Numbered from the stretch's first letter, positions 18,736 through 28,994 are shown. The stretch is DNA of 32,000 bases from Longivirga aurantiaca (GCF_042660085.1 NZ_JBHSTI010000008.1:210001-242000), one strand, 5' to 3'. Translations and numbers: made by a program. Notes: a model not told the origin generated them from the sequence alone.

Positions 18736-18779
18736 TTCAGCGGCGGGGTGGGGGCTTCGGCCCGGGATACGCTGGCGTC

Positions 18780-20630
18780 ATGTGCGGAATCGTCGGGTAC
18801 GTCGGTGAGAAGCAGGCGCTGTCGGTCGTGGTCGAGGGCCTGCGCAGGCTGGAGTACCGCGGCTACGACTCCGCCGGCGTCGCCGTCGTCGCCGACGGGC
18901 GGCTCGACACGCGCAAGAAGGCGGGCAAGCTCGCCAACCTCGAGAGCCTGCTCGGCACCGACCCGCTGCCGCAGTCGACCATCGGCATCGGCCACACCCG
19001 CTGGGCCACGCACGGCGGACCGACCGACGCCAACGCGCACCCGCACGTGAGCGAGGACGGCAAGGTCGCCGTGATCCACAACGGCATCATCGAGAACTTC
19101 GCCGAGCTGCGCGCCGAGCTCACCGCCGCCGGCGTCACGCTGTCGTCCGAGACCGACACCGAGGTCGTGGCGCACCTGCTCGCCGCCGTGCTGCCCGAGA
19201 CCGACCACGACCTCGCCGAGGCCATGCGCCGCGTGTGCCGCCGCCTGTCCGGCGCCTTCACGCTCGTCGCCGTCCACTCCGACATCCCGGACGTCGTCGT
19301 CGGCGCGCGCCGCAACAGCCCGCTGGTCGTCGGCCGGGGCCAGGGCGAGAACTTCCTCGCCTCCGACGTCGCCGCGTTCATCGCGCACACGCGCTTCGCG
19401 ACCGAGCTCGGCCAGGACCAGGTGGTCGAGCTGCGTCGCGACACCGTCGTCGTGACGACCTTCGACGGCGACCCCGCGGACGTGACCGAGTACGAGGTGA
19501 CGTGGGACGCGTCGGCGGCCGAGAAGGGCGGCTACGACACGTTCATGGCCAAGGAGATCGCCGAGCAGCCGAAGGCCGTGAGCGACACGCTCCTCGGCCG
19601 CATCGGCACCGACGGCCGGCTCAAGCTCGACGAGATGCGCCTCACCGACGCCGAGCTGCGCGAGGTCGACAAGGTCGTCGTGATCGCGTGCGGCACGGCG
19701 TACCACTCGGGCATGGTCGCGAAGTACGCCATCGAGCACTGGACGCGCATCCCCACCGAGGTCGAGCTCGCCAGCGAGTTCCGCTACCGCGACCCGGTCG
19801 TCGGGCCGCGTACGCTCGTCATCGCGATCTCGCAGTCGGGCGAGACGATGGACACGATCATGGCGCTGCGGTTCGCGCGCGAGCAGGGCGCGAAGGTGCT
19901 CGCCATCTGCAACACCCAGGGCTCGACGATCCCGCGCGAGAGCGACGCCGTGGTCTACACGTACGCCGGCCCCGAGGTGGCGGTCGCCTCCACCAAGGCC
20001 TTCCTCACGCAGATCGTGGCGTGCTACCTCGTCGCGCTGTACGTCGCGCAGGTTCGCGGCAACAAGTACGGCGACGAGATCGCGGCTGTGGTGCGCGAGC
20101 TGCAGGACATGCCGCGCAAGGTCGACCTCGTCCTCGACACGACCGAGGAGATGAAGCGCATCGCCGACGAGCTGAAGGACGCACCGTCGGTGCTGTTCAT
20201 CGGTCGCCACGTGGGCTTCCCGGTCGCGCTCGAGGGTGCGCTGAAGCTCAAGGAGCTCGCCTACATGCACGCCGAGGGCTTCGCCGCCGGCGAGCTGAAG
20301 CACGGCCCGATCGCGCTGCTCGAGGACGGCGTCCCCGTGATCGTGGTCGTGCCGTCGCCGGCCGGGCGCAGCGTGCTGCACGAGAAGATCATCAGCAACA
20401 TCCAGGAGGTCCGCGCCCGCGGCGCCCGCACGATCGTGATCGCCGAGGAGGGCGACGAGGCCGTCGTCCCGTACGCCGACACCATCGTCCGTATCCCCGC
20501 GTGCCCCACCCTCCTGCAGCCCCTCGTCGCGACCGTGCCGCTGCAGGTGTTCGCGGCCGCGATGGCGACCGCCAAGGGGCTCGATGTCGACCAGCCGCGC
20601 AACCTCGCCAAGAGCGTCACGGTCGAGTAG
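18780..20630 (+). CDS. glmS: Glutamine--fructose-6-phosphate aminotransferase (isomerizing)
   Basis: ATG at 18780 gives MCGIVGYVG (N-terminal nucleophile Cys2), 616 aa. It has two SIS domains and the C-terminal PRNLAKSVTVE. Confidence 0.97.
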   Translation: MCGIVGYVGEKQALSVVVEGLRRLEYRGYDSAGVAVVADGRLDTRKKAGKLANLESLLGTDPLPQSTIGIGHTRWATHGGPTDANAHPHVSEDGKVAVIHNGIIENFAELRAELTAAGVTLSSETDTEVVAHLLAAVLPETDHDLAEAMRRVCRRLSGAFTLVAVHSDIPDVVVGARRNSPLVVGRGQGENFLASDVAAFIAHTRFATELGQDQVVELRRDTVVVTTFDGDPADVTEYEVTWDASAAEKGGYDTFMAKEIAEQPKAVSDTLLGRIGTDGRLKLDEMRLTDAELREVDKVVVIACGTAYHSGMVAKYAIEHWTRIPTEVELASEFRYRDPVVGPRTLVIAISQSGETMDTIMALRFAREQGAKVLAICNTQGSTIPRESDAVVYTYAGPEVAVASTKAFLTQIVACYLVALYVAQVRGNKYGDEIAAVVRELQDMPRKVDLVLDTTEEMKRIADELKDAPSVLFIGRHVGFPVALEGALKLKELAYMHAEGFAAGELKHGPIALLEDGVPVIVVVPSPAGRSVLHEKIISNIQEVRARGARTIVIAEEGDEAVVPYADTIVRIPACPTLLQPLVATVPLQVFAAAMATAKGLDVDQPRNLAKSVTVE

Positions 20631-20859
20631 TCGGGTGACCCTGCGCGGGGTCGCCGGGGGTCCGGGAGTCGCACCGCGTCGGGGGTGGTAGCCTGGTCAC
20701 GGTTACTACAGCGGTTCCACGTACGTTCTTCGGACGCTCGCGGATCTACTTCGCCCGGCGTCCTCGCCTCCCCCTGGATCTCAGGGGTTGAGGACACCTC
20801 GGCTAACTCGTGGGCAGCGACTTCGCTCCCGCGCCGTGCTTCCCAGAACAGGAACAATC

Positions 20860-21063
20860 ATGGTCAACGGCACCGTCAAGTGGTTCAACGGCGAGAAGGG
20901 CTTCGGCTTCATCGCCCCCGAGGACGGGAGTGCCGACGTGTTCGTGCACTTCTCGGCCATCGCGTCGTCGGGCTACCGCTCGCTCGAGGAGAACCAGAAG
21001 GTCACGTTCGACGTCACGCAGGGCCAGAAGGGCCCGCAGGCGGAGAACGTCACGCCTCTCTAG
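20860..21063 (+). CDS. cspA: Cold-shock protein (CspA family)
   Basis: ATG at 20860 gives the 67-aa [34 protein letters not shown] (RNP1/RNP2 motifs). Confidence 0.95.
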   Translation: MVNGTVKWFNGEKGFGFIAPEDGSADVFVHFSAIASSGYRSLEENQKVTFDVTQGQKGPQAENVTPL

Positions 21064-21080
21064 GTCTCACCAGGCCTTCG

Positions 21081-21114
21081 ACGTGGACCGTCCCCTTCGG
21101 GGGGCGGTCCACGT
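21081..21114. terminator. Bidirectional hairpin between convergent csp (+) and GNAT (-)
   Basis: acgtggaccgtcccc-ttcg-gggggcggtccacgt. The 15-bp stem has one T/G position, a G-U wobble on the + strand transcript. Confidence 0.55.
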
Positions 21115-21120
21115 CTGCGT

Positions 21121-21696
21121 CTACGGCCGGTGCGACGCCGACCCGGCGTCGAACCACCAGGCGCAGTACTGCATGAGCAACGTGTCGTGCCAGCCGCGGC
21201 GGTCGGTGCTGCGCTCCCGGCCGTGCAGGATGCCGACCGGCTGGAAGCCGCACGCGGTGTAGCAGGCGATCGCCGCGGTGTTGGACGCCGCGGGGTCGAT
21301 CGTCACGAGGTGGTGGCCGCGGATGTCGACGAGCCAGTCGCGCACGGTCGTGACGACGTCCCGGCCGAGGCCGCGGCGGTGCATGCTCGGCGTCAGGAAG
21401 ATGTCGATGCCGCTCTCGTCGTAGTCGGGGTCGTCTCCCTCGTACGCCTGCACCATGCCCACCACGGCGCCGGCGGGCCCGGGCCCGGGCGGGCCCAGCA
21501 GCTCCACCGCCCAGCGCACGGTGCCTGCCTCGTGGTCGAACGGGAAGCCGTCCTCCGGCGGGTGCCACCACTGCGACACTGCCGGAGTCGCGAGGATCGC
21601 GCGCAGCGTGGCCTCGTCGTCCGCCCCGATCGGCCGCAGCCTGACCAGGGACGTGACGAGCGTCGGCACCGCGGACGCGGCGTGGGTGTCGGCCAT
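21121..21696 (-). CDS. GNAT family N-acetyltransferase
   Basis: 191 aa from ATG at 21696 (alternative GTG at 21702; GGTGAGGA upstream), starting [24 protein letters not shown]. It contains the acetyl-CoA motif RRGLGRDVV and ACGFQPVG...WHDTLLM. It is the C-terminal part of the otherwise spurious 803-aa track ORF 21121-23532. Confidence 0.8.
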   Translation of the reverse strand: MADTHAASAVPTLVTSLVRLRPIGADDEATLRAILATPAVSQWWHPPEDGFPFDHEAGTVRWAVELLGPPGPGPAGAVVGMVQAYEGDDPDYDESGIDIFLTPSMHRRGLGRDVVTTVRDWLVDIRGHHLVTIDPAASNTAAIACYTACGFQPVGILHGRERSTDRRGWHDTLLMQYCAWWFDAGSASHRP

Positions 21697-21733
21697 GGCC
21701 ACATCCTCACCCGAGGGGTGGCAGGCTGGCGGG

Positions 21734-22105
21734 GTGATCATCGGGATCGGGATCGACGTCGTCGACGTGCCGCGGTTCGAGGCGACGCTCGCGCGCACGC
21801 CCGGGATGGTCGACCGGCTCTTCACGCCCGAGGAGCGCACGACCGACCTCGGGCACCCGCGCACGCCCACCTCGCTCGCCGCGCGGTTCGCGGCCAAGGA
21901 GGCCGTGGCCAAGGCGCTCGGCGCACCCACCGGGATGCTGTGGCACGACTGCCAGGTGATCGGCGACTCCGACGGCCGGCCGTGGCTGGCCATCAGCGGC
22001 ACGGTGCAGGCCGCCGCCGAGGCGCAGGGCATCGAGCGCTGGCACCTGTCGCTCTCGCACGACGGCGACGTCGCCGTCGCGTACGTGATCGCGGAGGCGG
22101 GATGA
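21734..22105 (+). CDS. acpS: Holo-[acyl-carrier-protein] synthase
   Basis: GTG at 21734 gives (M)[33 protein letters not shown]...[16 protein letters not shown], typical of AcpS, 123 aa. The in-frame ATG at 21695 is a less likely alternative start. Confidence 0.88.
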   Translation: MIIGIGIDVVDVPRFEATLARTPGMVDRLFTPEERTTDLGHPRTPTSLAARFAAKEAVAKALGAPTGMLWHDCQVIGDSDGRPWLAISGTVQAAAEAQGIERWHLSLSHDGDVAVAYVIAEAG

Positions 22106-23643
22106 CCGGGCACGGGCTGCGTCCCGCGACCGCGGTGCTGACGGTCGCGGCGGTACGCCGTGCCGAGGCGGCGGCGATGGCGGAGCTGCCCGAGGGCGCG
22201 CTCATGCAGCGCGCCGCGACGGCGCTGGCGGTCGTTGCCGGCTCGATGCTGCGGGAGATCTGCGGCCGCGTCACGGGATCGCGGGTCGTGCTCCTCGTCG
22301 GCGCCGGCGACAACGGCGGCGACGCGCTGTACGCAGGCGCGCGCCTCGCCGCGCGCGGTGCCCGCGTCGACGCGCTTCTCGTCGCCGACCGTCATCACGT
22401 CGGGGGCGCGGACGCCCTGCGACGCAACGGTGGTCGCGTGCAGGTGGTGGCGCTCGGAGACCTCGTGGCAGCAGAGCTCGTCGCTCGTGCCGACCTCGTC
22501 GTCGACGGCATCCTCGGCATCGGCGGACGCGGTGCGCTGCGGGAGCCGGCCGCGTGGCTCGCGGCCGTGGCGCGCGAGACCGACGTCGCCGTCCTCGCGG
22601 TCGACCTGCCGAGCGGCGTCGACGCCGACACGGGGGCCGTGGCCGATGCCGATGCCGTGGTGCACGCCGACCGCACGGTGGCCTTCGGGTGCCTCAAGGC
22701 CGGGCTGCTTCTCGGCGACGGCGCGCTGCGCACGGGCGAGCTCGCGGTGGTCGACATCGGTCTGTCCTTCGACGACGTCGCCACGAGCGAGCTCGTCGTC
22801 CGGATCGACGACGACTCGGCCGCCCCTCTGCTGGCCGGCCCTGGTGCGCGCGACGACAAGTACACGCGCGGCGTCGTGGGAGTGAGCGCGGGCTCGGAGG
22901 CGTACCCCGGTGCCGCGGTGCTCGCGACGGCCGGTGCGCGGCACGGCCTCGCCGGATACGTGCGGTACGCCGGCCACGCGCACGAGCAGGTCGTGGCGCA
23001 CTGGCCCGACGTCGTCGCCCGGCCGGGCAGGGTGGCCGACGCGGGGCGGACGCAGTGCTGGGTGGTCGGCTCCGGACGTGGCCTCGACGAGGACGCGCGC
23101 GGCGCCGTCCTCGACGCCGCGGCGCTCGACGTGCCGCTCCTGCTCGACGCCGACGCCCTCACGCTCATGGCGGACGACGCCGACGTGCGCGCCGCTGTCG
23201 TCGCCCGCAGCGGCGTCACCGTGCTGACGCCGCACGCGGGGGAGTTCGCGCGGCTCGCGGGCGTGCCGGTCGGCGAGGATCGTGTCGCCGCCGTGCGGTC
23301 GCTCGCCGCAGACCTCGGCGCCGTCGTGCTGCTCAAGGGCTCGGCGACGGTCGTCGCCGCGCCTGACGGGCACGCGTACGTCGCGGCATCGGCGCCCCCC
23401 GAGCTCGCGACGGCCGGATCGGGCGACGTGCTCGCCGGGCTGCTCGGCTCGCTGCTCGCCCACCACGAGGCCCATGCGCCGCTCGACCCCGCGCGGGCCG
23501 CTCTGCTGGCTGCCGTCGCCGCGCACGTGCACGGAGCAGCAGGAGCGGTCGCGGCGGACGACGGCCGCACGGTGACCGCGCTGGACGTGGCCGCCGCACT
23601 GCCAGCGGCGGTCGCGCGCGTGCGGCGTTCCTCACCGGAGTGA
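22102..23643 (+). CDS. nnr: Bifunctional NAD(P)H-hydrate repair enzyme (epimerase / ADP-dependent dehydratase)
   Basis: ATG at 22102 overlaps the acpS stop (ATGA), 513 aa. The N-terminal YjeF_N domain has [17 protein letters not shown]. The C-terminal kinase-like domain has [17 protein letters not shown] and [10 protein letters not shown]. Confidence 0.9.
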   Translation: MTGHGLRPATAVLTVAAVRRAEAAAMAELPEGALMQRAATALAVVAGSMLREICGRVTGSRVVLLVGAGDNGGDALYAGARLAARGARVDALLVADRHHVGGADALRRNGGRVQVVALGDLVAAELVARADLVVDGILGIGGRGALREPAAWLAAVARETDVAVLAVDLPSGVDADTGAVADADAVVHADRTVAFGCLKAGLLLGDGALRTGELAVVDIGLSFDDVATSELVVRIDDDSAAPLLAGPGARDDKYTRGVVGVSAGSEAYPGAAVLATAGARHGLAGYVRYAGHAHEQVVAHWPDVVARPGRVADAGRTQCWVVGSGRGLDEDARGAVLDAAALDVPLLLDADALTLMADDADVRAAVVARSGVTVLTPHAGEFARLAGVPVGEDRVAAVRSLAADLGAVVLLKGSATVVAAPDGHAYVAASAPPELATAGSGDVLAGLLGSLLAHHEAHAPLDPARAALLAAVAAHVHGAAGAVAADDGRTVTALDVAAALPAAVARVRRSSPE

Positions 23644-23677
23644 CGGCCGGCAGCCGGATGAGCGGCCTCGGCGGGCG

Positions 23678-24859
23678 GTGGGGGAGACTGTGGGAGTGAG
23701 CGTCGACCAGCAGGCCGGATGGACTCCGCGCGCCCTCGCGCGCGGTGCGGTGGCCACCGTCGACCTCGACGCGCTGCGTCACAACCTGCGGGTCGTGGGC
23801 GAACGAGTGGGCACCGACGTCATGGCCGTGGTGAAGGCCGACGCGTACGGCCACGGCCTGGTCGAGTGCGCTCGCGCCGCGCAGGAGGCCGGGGCCACCT
23901 GGCTCGGCGTGGCGCTCCCGACCGAGGCGGTCCGCCTGCGCGAGGCCGGCGTCACCGGCCGCGTGCTCACGTGGCTCGAGGTGCCGGGCTCCCCGTTCGA
24001 CGACTGCGTCGCGCGCGACATCGACGTCACCGTCTCCGCACCGTGGGCGCTCGACTCCGTGCTCGCAGCGGCCAGGCGCCTCGGCGTGACCGCGCGCGTG
24101 CAGCTCAAGCTCGACAGCGGCCTGTCGCGCAACGGCTCGACCATGGCCGACTGGCCTGCGCTCGTCGCAGCGGCGCGGGCGGCCGAGGTCGACGGCGCGC
24201 TCGCCGTGACCGGCATCTGGACCCACTTCGCCTGCGCCGACGAGCCGGACCACCCGAGCGTCCGCCGCCAGCTGGACCAGTTCGACGAGGCGCTGGGCCT
24301 CGCCGACGTCGCCGGCCTGCGCCCCGAGGTGAGGCACGCGGCCAACTCCGCCGCGGCTCTGGCGATCCCCGCCGCGCGCTACGACCTCGTGCGCATCGGC
24401 ATCGCGATGTACGGCCTCTCGCCGGGGCCCGAGGTCGGCACCGGCACAGAGCTCGGCCTCCGCCCCGTGATGTCGCTGCGCGCCCGCCTGGCGTCGGTGA
24501 AGCGGGTGCCGAGCGGGTCCGGCGTCTCATACGGGCACCTGTACTCGACGGCGCACGAGACCACGCTCGGCGTGGTGCCCGTGGGCTACGCCGACGGCAT
24601 CCCGCGCAACGCGTCGAACCTCGGGCCGCTCCTCGCCGCAGGCACCGAGCGCACGGTGGCCGGGCGCGTGTGCATGGACCAGGTGGTGGTCGACCTCGGC
24701 GACGACGACGCCGTCGTCGGTGACGAGGTGGTGATCTTCGGCTCGGAGGGCCCCTCAGCCGACGTCTGGGCCTCGGTCTGCGGCACCATCGGGTACGAGA
24801 TCGTCACGCGGATCGGACCGCGTGTGCCGCGGGAGCACCTGGGGGTGAGCGAGCAGTGA
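23678..24859 (+). CDS. alr: Alanine racemase
   Basis: 393 aa with the PLP-lysine context VMAVVKADAYGHG and the C-terminal YGH...VPVGYADG...VCMDQ. The start is uncertain: GTG at 23678, 23690 or 23696, the last with the best GGGGAGA spacing. Confidence 0.92.
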   Translation: MGETVGVSVDQQAGWTPRALARGAVATVDLDALRHNLRVVGERVGTDVMAVVKADAYGHGLVECARAAQEAGATWLGVALPTEAVRLREAGVTGRVLTWLEVPGSPFDDCVARDIDVTVSAPWALDSVLAAARRLGVTARVQLKLDSGLSRNGSTMADWPALVAAARAAEVDGALAVTGIWTHFACADEPDHPSVRRQLDQFDEALGLADVAGLRPEVRHAANSAAALAIPAARYDLVRIGIAMYGLSPGPEVGTGTELGLRPVMSLRARLASVKRVPSGSGVSYGHLYSTAHETTLGVVPVGYADGIPRNASNLGPLLAAGTERTVAGRVCMDQVVVDLGDDDAVVGDEVVIFGSEGPSADVWASVCGTIGYEIVTRIGPRVPREHLGVSEQ

Positions 24860-25971
24860 GCGGGACCGATCCGCTGCGAGACCTGAGCCCGGGGCGTGTG
24901 GCCGGGGTGGTCGGCGCGCTGGGCGCCGCCGCTGCCGTGGGTGCCGCCGTCGGCGTCGCGGCCGAGCGCATGCTCGTACGCCGGGCCCTGCGGCCCGACC
25001 CGGAGCGCGACGAGCCGTTCGGCGGGCTGCGTGGCCGCGTCGTGCCGGTGATCGCCACCGACGGCACACCGCTGCACGTCGAGGTCGAGGAGCCCCCGGA
25101 GGGCTCGCTGGCCGATCGGCTGGGCGACGGTCTCACCATCGTGTTCTCGCACGGCTATGCGCTCGAGGAGGACTCCTGGCACTACCAGCGCCGCGACCTG
25201 CGCGCGCTCGGGCGCCTCGTGCTCTGGGACCAGCGCAGCCACGGCCGCAGCGGCCGCGGCTCGGCCGAGAACGCCACGATCGACCAGCTCGGGCGCGACC
25301 TCGAGTCGGTGATCGCCGCCGCGGCGCCCACCGGACCGCTCGTGCTCATCGGGCACTCGATGGGCGGCATGACCGTGATGTCGTACGCCGCGCACCACCC
25401 CGAGATGTTCGGCGACCGCGTGCGCGGGGTCGGCCTCATCGCCACGAGCAGCGGCGGTCTGGCCGAGGTGCCGCTCGGGCTGCCCGCGCCCCTCGCCAAG
25501 GCGTTCCACAACGTCGCACCGCAGGTGGCCGGCGTGCTCGCGCGCCGCAAGGACCTCGTCGAGCGCGGTCGCCGCGCCGGCAGCGACGTCGCCTACCTGC
25601 TCACCAAGGTCTACTCGTTCGGGTCGAACGTGCCGCCGTCGCTCACGCAGTTCGTGCACCGCATGCTGTCGGCGACACCGATCGACGTGGTGGCGGAGTT
25701 CCTGCCCACGCTCGAGGCGCACGACAAGAAGACCGCGCTCGACGCCATCGGCCGTGTCGACACCCTCGTGCTCGTGGGCGCGTCCGACCTGCTGACGCCG
25801 AGCGCGCACAGCGACGAGATCGTGCGGCACGTGCCCGGCGCCGAGCTCGTGCTGATCCCCGACAGCGGCCACATGGTGATGCTCGAGAAGTACCCCGAGG
25901 TCAACCAGCACATCCGTGAGCTCGTCGGCCGCGTCCGCGCGGGCCTCGCGCACACGGAGGAGACGGCGTGA
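24856..25971 (+). CDS. Alpha/beta hydrolase, probably membrane-anchored
   Basis: 371 aa. GTG overlaps the alr TGA (GTGA). It has an N-terminal hydrophobic Ala/Gly/Val stretch, the nucleophile elbow GHSMGG and HG-type oxyanion context FSHGY. Confidence 0.85.
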   Translation: MSGTDPLRDLSPGRVAGVVGALGAAAAVGAAVGVAAERMLVRRALRPDPERDEPFGGLRGRVVPVIATDGTPLHVEVEEPPEGSLADRLGDGLTIVFSHGYALEEDSWHYQRRDLRALGRLVLWDQRSHGRSGRGSAENATIDQLGRDLESVIAAAAPTGPLVLIGHSMGGMTVMSYAAHHPEMFGDRVRGVGLIATSSGGLAEVPLGLPAPLAKAFHNVAPQVAGVLARRKDLVERGRRAGSDVAYLLTKVYSFGSNVPPSLTQFVHRMLSATPIDVVAEFLPTLEAHDKKTALDAIGRVDTLVLVGASDLLTPSAHSDEIVRHVPGAELVLIPDSGHMVMLEKYPEVNQHIRELVGRVRAGLAHTEETA

Positions 25972-26471
25972 CCTCGGTCGCCGTGCCCGACCGCGATGCC
26001 ATGCACCGGTTGGGTGCGCTCCTCGCGTCCCTGCTGCGGGCGGGCGACCTCGTCGTCCTCTCGGGCGGTCTCGGCGCAGGCAAGACGACGCTCGCGCAGG
26101 GCGTCGGCCGCGGCCTCGGCGTACGCGGCGACGTCACGTCGCCCACGTTCGTGATCGCGCGCGTGCACCCGTCCACCGTCGGCGGGCCCGCGCTGGTGCA
26201 TGTCGACGCCTACCGCCTCTCGTCGCTCGACGAGGTGGACGACCTCGACCTCGACGCGTCGCTCGAGGACTCCGTCACCGTGGTCGAGTGGGGCGAGGGC
26301 AAGGTCGAGGGCCTCGCCGAGGACCGGCTGCTCGTGCACATCGCGCGGCCCGTCGGGGGCGACGTTCCGAGCGGGTCGGACGTCGACGAGCCCCGCACGG
26401 TGACCGTGACGACGACCGGTGCCCGCTGGGACGGCGTCGACCTCGACGTGCTCGCGACGGCGGTGGCCTGA
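25968..26471 (+). CDS. tsaE: tRNA t6A37 biosynthesis ATPase TsaE
   Basis: 167 aa with a GTGA overlap. P-loop GGLGAGKTTLAQG and SPTFVI.. motifs. Confidence 0.92.
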   Translation: MTSVAVPDRDAMHRLGALLASLLRAGDLVVLSGGLGAGKTTLAQGVGRGLGVRGDVTSPTFVIARVHPSTVGGPALVHVDAYRLSSLDEVDDLDLDASLEDSVTVVEWGEGKVEGLAEDRLLVHIARPVGGDVPSGSDVDEPRTVTVTTTGARWDGVDLDVLATAVA

Positions 26472-27139
26472 TGCTGCTGCTCGTGATGGACACGTCGTCC
26501 GCCGTGATCACCGCGGCGGTGCACGACGGCGACAGCGTGGTCGGGGCCGCGGTCGAGCACGGCGCCCAGTCGCACGGTGAGCTGCTCGCACCGGTGATCG
26601 CCCGCGCGCTGGCCGAGGCGGGGGCGCGCCCGTCCGACCTCACGCGCGTCTGCACCGGCGTCGGTCCGGGACCGTTCACCGGTCTGCGCGTGGGGATCGT
26701 GACCGCGCGGGTCATGGCCGAGGCGCTCTCGATCCCGGTTCACGGCATCTGCTCGCTCGACGTGCTCGCGTTCCAGGCCGCGGCCGAGTCGGGCTTCACG
26801 CTCGGCGGGTTCGCCGTCGCGACCGACGCGCGCCGCAAGGAGGTCTACCTCCGCACGTACGACCGCGGCGGACGTCCGGCGTCCGACCCCCTGGTCGTGA
26901 AGCCGGGCGATGTCGACACCGCGCTGGCGGAGGGACCTGTCGCAGGCCCTGGCGCCTGGCTGTACCCCGAGGTCTTCGCCGACGCGCGCGAGCCGCGCGA
27001 GCTCGACGGCGCCGCGATGGCCGAGCTCGTCGCGGCCCGCATCGAGCTCGGCTCCCCGCTTCTCGACCCCGAGCCGCTCTACCTCCGGCGCCCTGACGCC
27101 GTCGCGAACACCGGCCGCAAGCGGGTGACGCAGCCGTGA
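26471..27139 (+). CDS. tsaB: tRNA t6A37 biosynthesis protein TsaB
   Basis: ATG at 26471 overlaps the tsaE TGA by 1 nt. 222 aa, [17 protein letters not shown]...[13 protein letters not shown]. Confidence 0.9.
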   Translation: MLLLVMDTSSAVITAAVHDGDSVVGAAVEHGAQSHGELLAPVIARALAEAGARPSDLTRVCTGVGPGPFTGLRVGIVTARVMAEALSIPVHGICSLDVLAFQAAAESGFTLGGFAVATDARRKEVYLRTYDRGGRPASDPLVVKPGDVDTALAEGPVAGPGAWLYPEVFADAREPRELDGAAMAELVAARIELGSPLLDPEPLYLRRPDAVANTGRKRVTQP

Positions 27140-27597
27140 GCCTGCGACCGATGCGGTGGTGGGACGTCGCCGCCTGCGCCGCGCTCGAGCGCGAGCTGTT
27201 CGAGCACGCGCCCTGGAGCGAGGAGCAGTTCTGGGGCGAGCTGGCGCACGTGCCCGAGACCCGCTGGTTCGCCGTGCACGAGGACGACGCCGGGATCGAC
27301 GGCTACGTCTGCCTCGCAGCCGTGCCGCCCGAGGGCGACGTGCAGACGATCGCGGTCGCGCCGCGCTCGCAGGGCCGGGGGCTCGGACGCTCGCTGCTCG
27401 AGGCGCTGCTCGGCGAGGCCGAGCGTCGCGGCTGCACGCAGGTGTTCCTCGAGGTGCTCGACACGAACGAGCCCGCGATCGCGCTGTACGAGAAGCACGG
27501 CTTCGAGCGCCAGGGCCGGCGACGCGACTACTACGGCCCCGGCGTCGACGCGCTCGTGATGCGCCGGCGGTTCCGCGACGCGGAGGTGCCGGCGTGA
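27136..27597 (+). CDS. rimI: Ribosomal-protein-alanine N-acetyltransferase RimI
   Basis: 153 aa with a GTGA overlap. GNAT motif [17 protein letters not shown]. Position between tsaB and tsaD. Confidence 0.88.
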   Translation: MSLRPMRWWDVAACAALERELFEHAPWSEEQFWGELAHVPETRWFAVHEDDAGIDGYVCLAAVPPEGDVQTIAVAPRSQGRGLGRSLLEALLGEAERRGCTQVFLEVLDTNEPAIALYEKHGFERQGRRRDYYGPGVDALVMRRRFRDAEVPA

Positions 27598-28649
27598 TGC
27601 GCGACGAGCCGCTGGTGCTCGGCATCGAGACCTCGTGCGACGAGACGGGCATCGGCGTCGTACGCGGCACGACCCTGCTGGCCGACGCGGTCGCCAGCAG
27701 CGTGGAGGAGCACGTGCGGTTCGGCGGCGTGGTGCCCGAGGTGGCGAGCCGTGCGCACCTCGAGGCGATGGTGCCGACGATCCGTCGGGCGTGCGCCGAT
27801 GCCGGCATCGCGCTGTCGGACGTCGACGCGTTCGCCGTCACCGCCGGCCCCGGTCTCGCGGGTGCGCTGCTCGTCGGCGTCGCGGCGGCGAAGGCGCTCG
27901 CGCTGTCGTTGGACAAGCCCATCTACGGGATCAACCATCTTGCGGCGCACGTGTGCGTCGACCAGCTGCAGCACGGTCTGCTGCCCGAGCCGACGATGGC
28001 GCTGCTGGTGTCAGGCGGCCACTCGTCTCTGCTTCTCGTGCCGGACGTGACCAGCGACGTACAGCCGCTCGGCGCGACGATCGACGACGCTGCGGGCGAG
28101 GCGTTCGACAAGGTGGCGCGTGTGCTCGGGCTGCCGTTCCCCGGCGGCCCGCACATCGACCGAGCGGCGGCCGACGGCTCGGTCGTCATCGACTTCCCGC
28201 GCGGCCTCACCTCCGGGCGCGACATGCAGCGGCACCGCTTCGACTTCTCCTTCAGCGGGCTCAAGACCGCGGTCGCCCGATGGGTCGAGGCCCGCGAGGC
28301 GAGCGGCGAGCCCGTGCCCGTCGCCGACGTCGCGGCGTCGTTCCAGGAGGCTGTCGTCGACGTCCTGACGCGCAAGGCGCTGCTGGCGTGCGCGGAGAAC
28401 GGCGTCGAGCACCTCGTGCTCGGCGGGGGCGTCGCGGCGAACTCACGGCTGCGGGTGCTGGCGCAGGAGCGCTGCGACGCAGCCGGTGTGACGCTGCGCG
28501 TCCCCCGTCCGGCGCTGTGCACCGACAACGGCGCCATGGTCGCCGCGCTGGGCTCGGAGATGGTGCGGAGGGGGCGGTCGCCGGGCCGGTTCGACCTCCC
28601 GGCAGACTCGTCGATGCCGGTCACGCAGGTGAGCACGGCACCGGCGTAG
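27597..28649 (+). CDS. tsaD: tRNA N6-adenosine threonylcarbamoyltransferase TsaD
   Basis: ATG at 27597 overlaps the rimI TGA by 1 nt (alternative GTG at 27594). 350 aa, [17 protein letters not shown]...HLEAM...[11 protein letters not shown]. Confidence 0.94.
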   Translation: MRDEPLVLGIETSCDETGIGVVRGTTLLADAVASSVEEHVRFGGVVPEVASRAHLEAMVPTIRRACADAGIALSDVDAFAVTAGPGLAGALLVGVAAAKALALSLDKPIYGINHLAAHVCVDQLQHGLLPEPTMALLVSGGHSSLLLVPDVTSDVQPLGATIDDAAGEAFDKVARVLGLPFPGGPHIDRAAADGSVVIDFPRGLTSGRDMQRHRFDFSFSGLKTAVARWVEAREASGEPVPVADVAASFQEAVVDVLTRKALLACAENGVEHLVLGGGVAANSRLRVLAQERCDAAGVTLRVPRPALCTDNGAMVAALGSEMVRRGRSPGRFDLPADSSMPVTQVSTAPA

Positions 28650-28659
28650 GGAGGGCTCG

Positions 28660-28926
28660 ATGATCGTCCGCATGTGGGAGGCCACGGTCGTCCCCGGCCA
28701 GTACGACGCCGCGGTCGAGTGGGTGCGTCACGACCTCGTGAAGCGCGCGCTGTTCACCGCCGGCTGCATGGCGGCCGAGATCCTCGTGCACGAGGGCACC
28801 CCGGAGTCCGTCGTCCTGCTGACCCGCTGGGACGTCGCGCCGGTGTTCGAGGAGGGCCCGCCCGACGACCTCTTCGTCCGCGCCCGCGCCCAGCACTTCC
28901 AGACCCTGCGCCCCGAGATCACCTGA
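28660..28926 (+). CDS. Small ABM/Dabb-fold (antibiotic biosynthesis monooxygenase-like) protein
   Basis: 88 aa. GGGAGGG RBS lies 5 nt upstream of the ATG. MIVRMWEATVVPGQYDAAVEWV...VVLLTRWD resembles the ABM beta-alpha-beta pattern. Assignment is from pattern recognition only. Confidence 0.55.
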   Translation: MIVRMWEATVVPGQYDAAVEWVRHDLVKRALFTAGCMAAEILVHEGTPESVVLLTRWDVAPVFEEGPPDDLFVRARAQHFQTLRPEIT

Positions 28927-28994
28927 CCCTGAGGCCCGGACGCTGCCTGGGATCGGCGCGCCTCCGCATGCGGGCCTCGGGATAGCGTGCTCGC

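Noticed and set aside
18676-18779. Possible glmS ribozyme upstream of glmS
   Set aside because: Only about 104 nt are available, and most of it is the glmM terminator hairpin. I could not recognise the nested pseudoknot core, and to my knowledge the ribozyme is not typical of Actinomycetota. A covariance-model scan (Rfam RF00234) would settle it.
16588-20381. Two long minus-strand ORFs (594 aa and 697 aa) and the plus-strand alternate-frame ORFs over glmM and glmS
   Set aside because: They are antisense or off-frame to glmM and glmS, which are unambiguous. No motifs are present.
21697-23532. Upstream 600+ codons of the 803-aa minus-strand ORF 21121-23532
   Set aside because: Only the C-terminal 191 aa (from ATG 21696) form a coherent GNAT domain with an RBS. 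The upstream part is antisense to acpS and nnr.
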